This document shows positions 60,721-64,000 of a stretch of DNA of 64,000 bases, piece after piece. Each line of letters begins with the position of its first letter. Position 1 is the first letter of the stretch. The translations under genes and the position numbers were made by a program. The DNA comes from the human T2T-CHM13v2.0 reference genome, Homo sapiens: NCBI RefSeq assembly GCF_009914755.1, contig NC_060926.1; one strand, given 5' to 3'. Under the pieces are notes generated by a model. It made no database searches, was not told the DNA's origin, and saw only the letters and a program-made list of their open reading frames with translations.

Positions 60721-61391
60721 TATAGAGGTTGAGAGGGAAAGCTTTCCCCCTTATACTCTGAAGGTTTCCTGAAAATCAACTAAAAAAAGGGAGATAAGAG
60801 AAAAGGCAAACAAACTTTATTTTAATGTGCATAGCACAGGGGAATCATGGAGGAATGATTACCTAATAACCTGATGGGGTACAGATGTTTATATAAATTT
60901 CTTCATAGGGGAAGGGGAAATGGAAGAAATGCAGCTATATGAGGGATAGCAAATAATTTTTAGTGGGGAAATGAATGGACTTGGAGAACATAAAGTGGCC
61001 TGGGATGAAGTCTGTTGGGCCCACAGAGCAGACAATGGCGGGTAAATGATTACCTTTGAGATACTGAATGGGACAGAAATAGAAGACAATGGCTTATGAC
61101 AAAAGTCTGTTCAGGTGTGTTGACAGACTTCAGTCTTTCTTTTTGCAATATGATTTAAGTTAATGAAAACTCAGGGAAGGTACCAGAGAAAATTGTTTTC
61201 TTCTTTGGTAGGTCTGGGCTTTAGGCAGTAAGGAAACTTCAGATAACAACTCAATTCTGTGCTTTCAAAGAGAGAGGGGATTGAGAGAAAGGAGGAGTGA
61301 GGCGGGGAGGTGAGAGAGACCTCGAGACTGCTTCTTTAGGCCAGCATGTCACAGTGCTGTATTTTGGGCTATTGACTTCCATGCTTCAACA
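60721..61391 (-). mobile_element. MER34/MER39-like ERV1 solo LTR
   Basis: Left end gggaaagctttccccctt...ctctgaagg; right end cagcatgtcacagtgctgtattttggg...caaca. Confidence 0.7.
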
Positions 61392-61454
61392 GGAACACAA
61401 GCATTCCTGGGAGCAGGAATAAACTCAGTGTTTTAGAGAAAGTAAAATATTAAT

Positions 61455-61655
61455 AGGTATACATTTTGAGGCCCTTCCAAGTGGCAGGAATTCTGCTAAT
61501 GGTTTTAAATGCACAGACTCATTGTCTCGTTTGATTTTCATAATCAGTCCTACAAATATCTCCTCCTTATAGATGAACAAACAGGTTAAGTAGTGGTTCA
61601 AGATCATGATAGGATTGGAACTGAGATCTCTCTGATTCCAGAGCACGTTCTCCCT
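61455..61655 (-). mobile_element. MIR
   Basis: ttatagatgaacaaac...aggttaagtagtggttcaagatca...ctgattccagagc. Confidence 0.6.
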
Positions 61656-62229
61656 ATGTGTTCTCATGTCTTATGCTCTGCTGTTCACATCTATTAGGTT
61701 ATGGAACCTAATATTTTAGCATAACCTCCCACTGAGATCATTCCTGCAGAATAGTTCCTGTCCCTGATAGATACATTGTCTCCAATTCTTTTCTTTATCC
61801 TACTAGACTTGTGTAAAGGATGGAATGGCAGGTGCAATCTGAGAGCCTGTAGTAGTAGAGCTGAGGAAATGTCTGCAGCACCACCACTGTTTCTGTTCTC
61901 TACAAGCAGGCTATGTCTAATGGACATCCCATGTCTAGAACAGGAGGAGAGTGATTTGGAAACAAGCTACTGCCCTGGAATGCAAATATCAAACTAGAAC
62001 TTGTGATATACACTGTGAACAGAGGGCTGTGTCTTCTTGGGAATGCTGGCTGCCTGCCTGGATAGAATGCCACAAAAGGGTGTTACTGTGCTGAATTTGC
62101 CTTGGTACAGGTTTGGCCACAATCTACAAGCTCAGAAACTCCCTCTCATCAGATGTCTAGAGTAGACAAACTCAAAGAGATGGGTACATAGAACTAGAAT
62201 CCCACTTTGCTCTTTTTCTAATAAGAAAC

Positions 62230-64000
62230 TATATTTGTCCATTCTCACACCACTATAAAGAAATAACCTGAGACTGGGTAATTTATAAAGAAAAGAGGTT
62301 TAATTGACTCACAGTTCTGCATGGCTGGGGAGGCCTCAGGAAACTTACAGTCATGGTGGATGGCACCTCTTCACAGGGCAGCAGGAGAGAGAATGAGTGC
62401 CAACAGGGGAAATGCCAGATGCCTATGAAACCATCAGATCTCATGAGAACTCACTCACTATCATGAGAACAGCATGGGGGAAACTGCCCCCAATATTCAA
62501 TTACTTCTCACTGGGCCCATCCCATAACACATGGGGATTATGGGAACTATAAGATGAGATTTGGGTGGGGACATAACCAAACCATATCATTCTGCCCCCT
62601 GGCCCCTCCCAAATCTCATGTCCTCACATTTCAATGCATAATCATGCCTTCCCAACAGTCCCCCAAAGTCTTAACTCATTCCAGCATTAACCCAAAAGGC
62701 CAAGTCCAAAGTCTTATCTGAGACAAGGCAAGTCCCTTCCACCTATGAGCCTGTAAAATCAAAGCAAGTTAGTTACTTCCAAGATACAATGGGGTTACAG
62801 GCATTGGGTAAATATGCATGTTCCAAACAAGATGAATTAGTCAAAACAAAGGGGCTACAGGCCCCATGCAAGTCCAAAATCCAATAGGGTAGTCATTAAA
62901 TCTTAAAGTTCCAAAATGATCTCCTTTGACCCCTTGTCTCACATCCAGGTCATGCTGATGCAAGAATTGGGCTCCCATGGCCTTGGGCAGCTCAGTCCCT
63001 ATGGCTGTGGATGGTACAGCCCCACTCTGTGCTGCTTTCACAGGCTGGTGTTGAGTGTCTGTGGGTTTTCCAGGCTTTTCCAGGCACATGGTGCAAGCTG
63101 TTAGTGGATCTACCATTCTGGGGTCTGGAGGACGGTGGCCCTCTTCTCACAGCTCCATTAGGAAGTGCCACAGTGGGGACTCTGTATGGGGGCTCCCACC
63201 CCACATTTCCCTTCCACACTGCCATAGCAGAGGTTCTCCATGAGGACTCTGCTTCTTCAGCAAACTTCTGCCTAGACATACAAGCATTTCCATACATCCT
63301 TGGAAATCTAGGTGAAGATTCCCAAACCCCAACTCTCGACTTCTGTGCCCCCACAGGGCCCAGCACCACATGAAAGCTGCCTAAGTTTAGGACTTGCATC
63401 CTTTGAAGCAATGGCTGAGTTGTACCTTGGCCCCTTTTAGCCATGGCTGGAGCTGAAGCAGATGGGATGCAGGGCACCATATCCTGAGGTTTCACAGAGC
63501 AGGGGGGCCCTGGCTCCAGCCCATAAAACCCTTTTTTCCTCCTAGGCCTCTGGGCCTGTGATGGGAGGGGATGCTGTGAAGGCCTCTGACATGCCCTGGA
63601 GACATTTTCCCCATTATCTTGGTGATTAACATTTGGCTCCTTGTTACTTATGCAAATTTCTGCAGCTGCAACAGGCTTGAATTTCTCCATAGAAAATGGG
63701 TTTTTCTTTTCTGTTGCATTGTCAGGCTGCAGATTTTCCAAACTTTTATTCTCTACTTCCTCTTGAACGCTTTGCTGCTTAGAAATTTCTTCCACCACAT
63801 ACACTAAATCATCTCTCTCAAGTTCAAAGTTCCACAGATCTCCAGGGCAGGGGCAAAATGCCATCAGTCTCTTTGCTAAAGCATAGCAAGAATCACCTTT
63901 GCTCCAGTTCCCAAGAAGTTCCTCATCTCCAACTGAGACCACTTCAGCCTGCACTTCATTGTTCACATCACTATCAGCATTTGGGTCAAAACCATTCAAC
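62230..64000 (-). mobile_element. THE1D-like MaLR provirus: 3' LTR 62230..62589 plus internal region running off the window
   Basis: The LTR ends gagatttgggtggggac...aaaccatatca; the internal region is colinear with the THE1A internal region at 29538..32147. Confidence 0.88.
62992..63999 (-). pseudogene. MaLR internal ORF, open for at least 335 codons (5' end outside the window)
   Basis: NGFD...LAKRL.AFCPCP.DLWNFELERDD...RRGPPSSRPQNGRST, homologous to the fragmentary THE1A peptides at 31797..31994 and 30055..30418. Confidence 0.75.

Overview
Human or great-ape genomic DNA, not prokaryotic. The only host coding sequence I can support is one 302-bp internal exon of NYAP2 (KIAA1486; + strand, 5235..5536, AG/GT boundaries), recognised from the recalled protein sequence. 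The rest is intron, dominated by transposable elements: Alus, L1s of several ages, L2/MIR, MaLR and ERVL/ERV1 LTRs, DNA transposons and microsatellites. The most notable structures are: (1) a full-length ancient L1MA antisense to NYAP2 (28373..39761) with a recognisable 15-bp TSD, hosting an AluY and a complete two-LTR THE1A provirus that itself hosts an L1PA7; (2) a ~120-bp inverted duplication in that L1's 5' UTR; (3) a 5'-truncated L1PA3-like copy whose ORF2 has only one nonsense codon; (4) a THE1D-like internal ORF open for at least 335 codons despite several indels; (5) several inverted-repeat pairs able to form dsRNA in the pre-mRNA. I see no convincing novel multi-gene system. Subfamily names come from recalled consensus features, and old-repeat boundaries are approximate.
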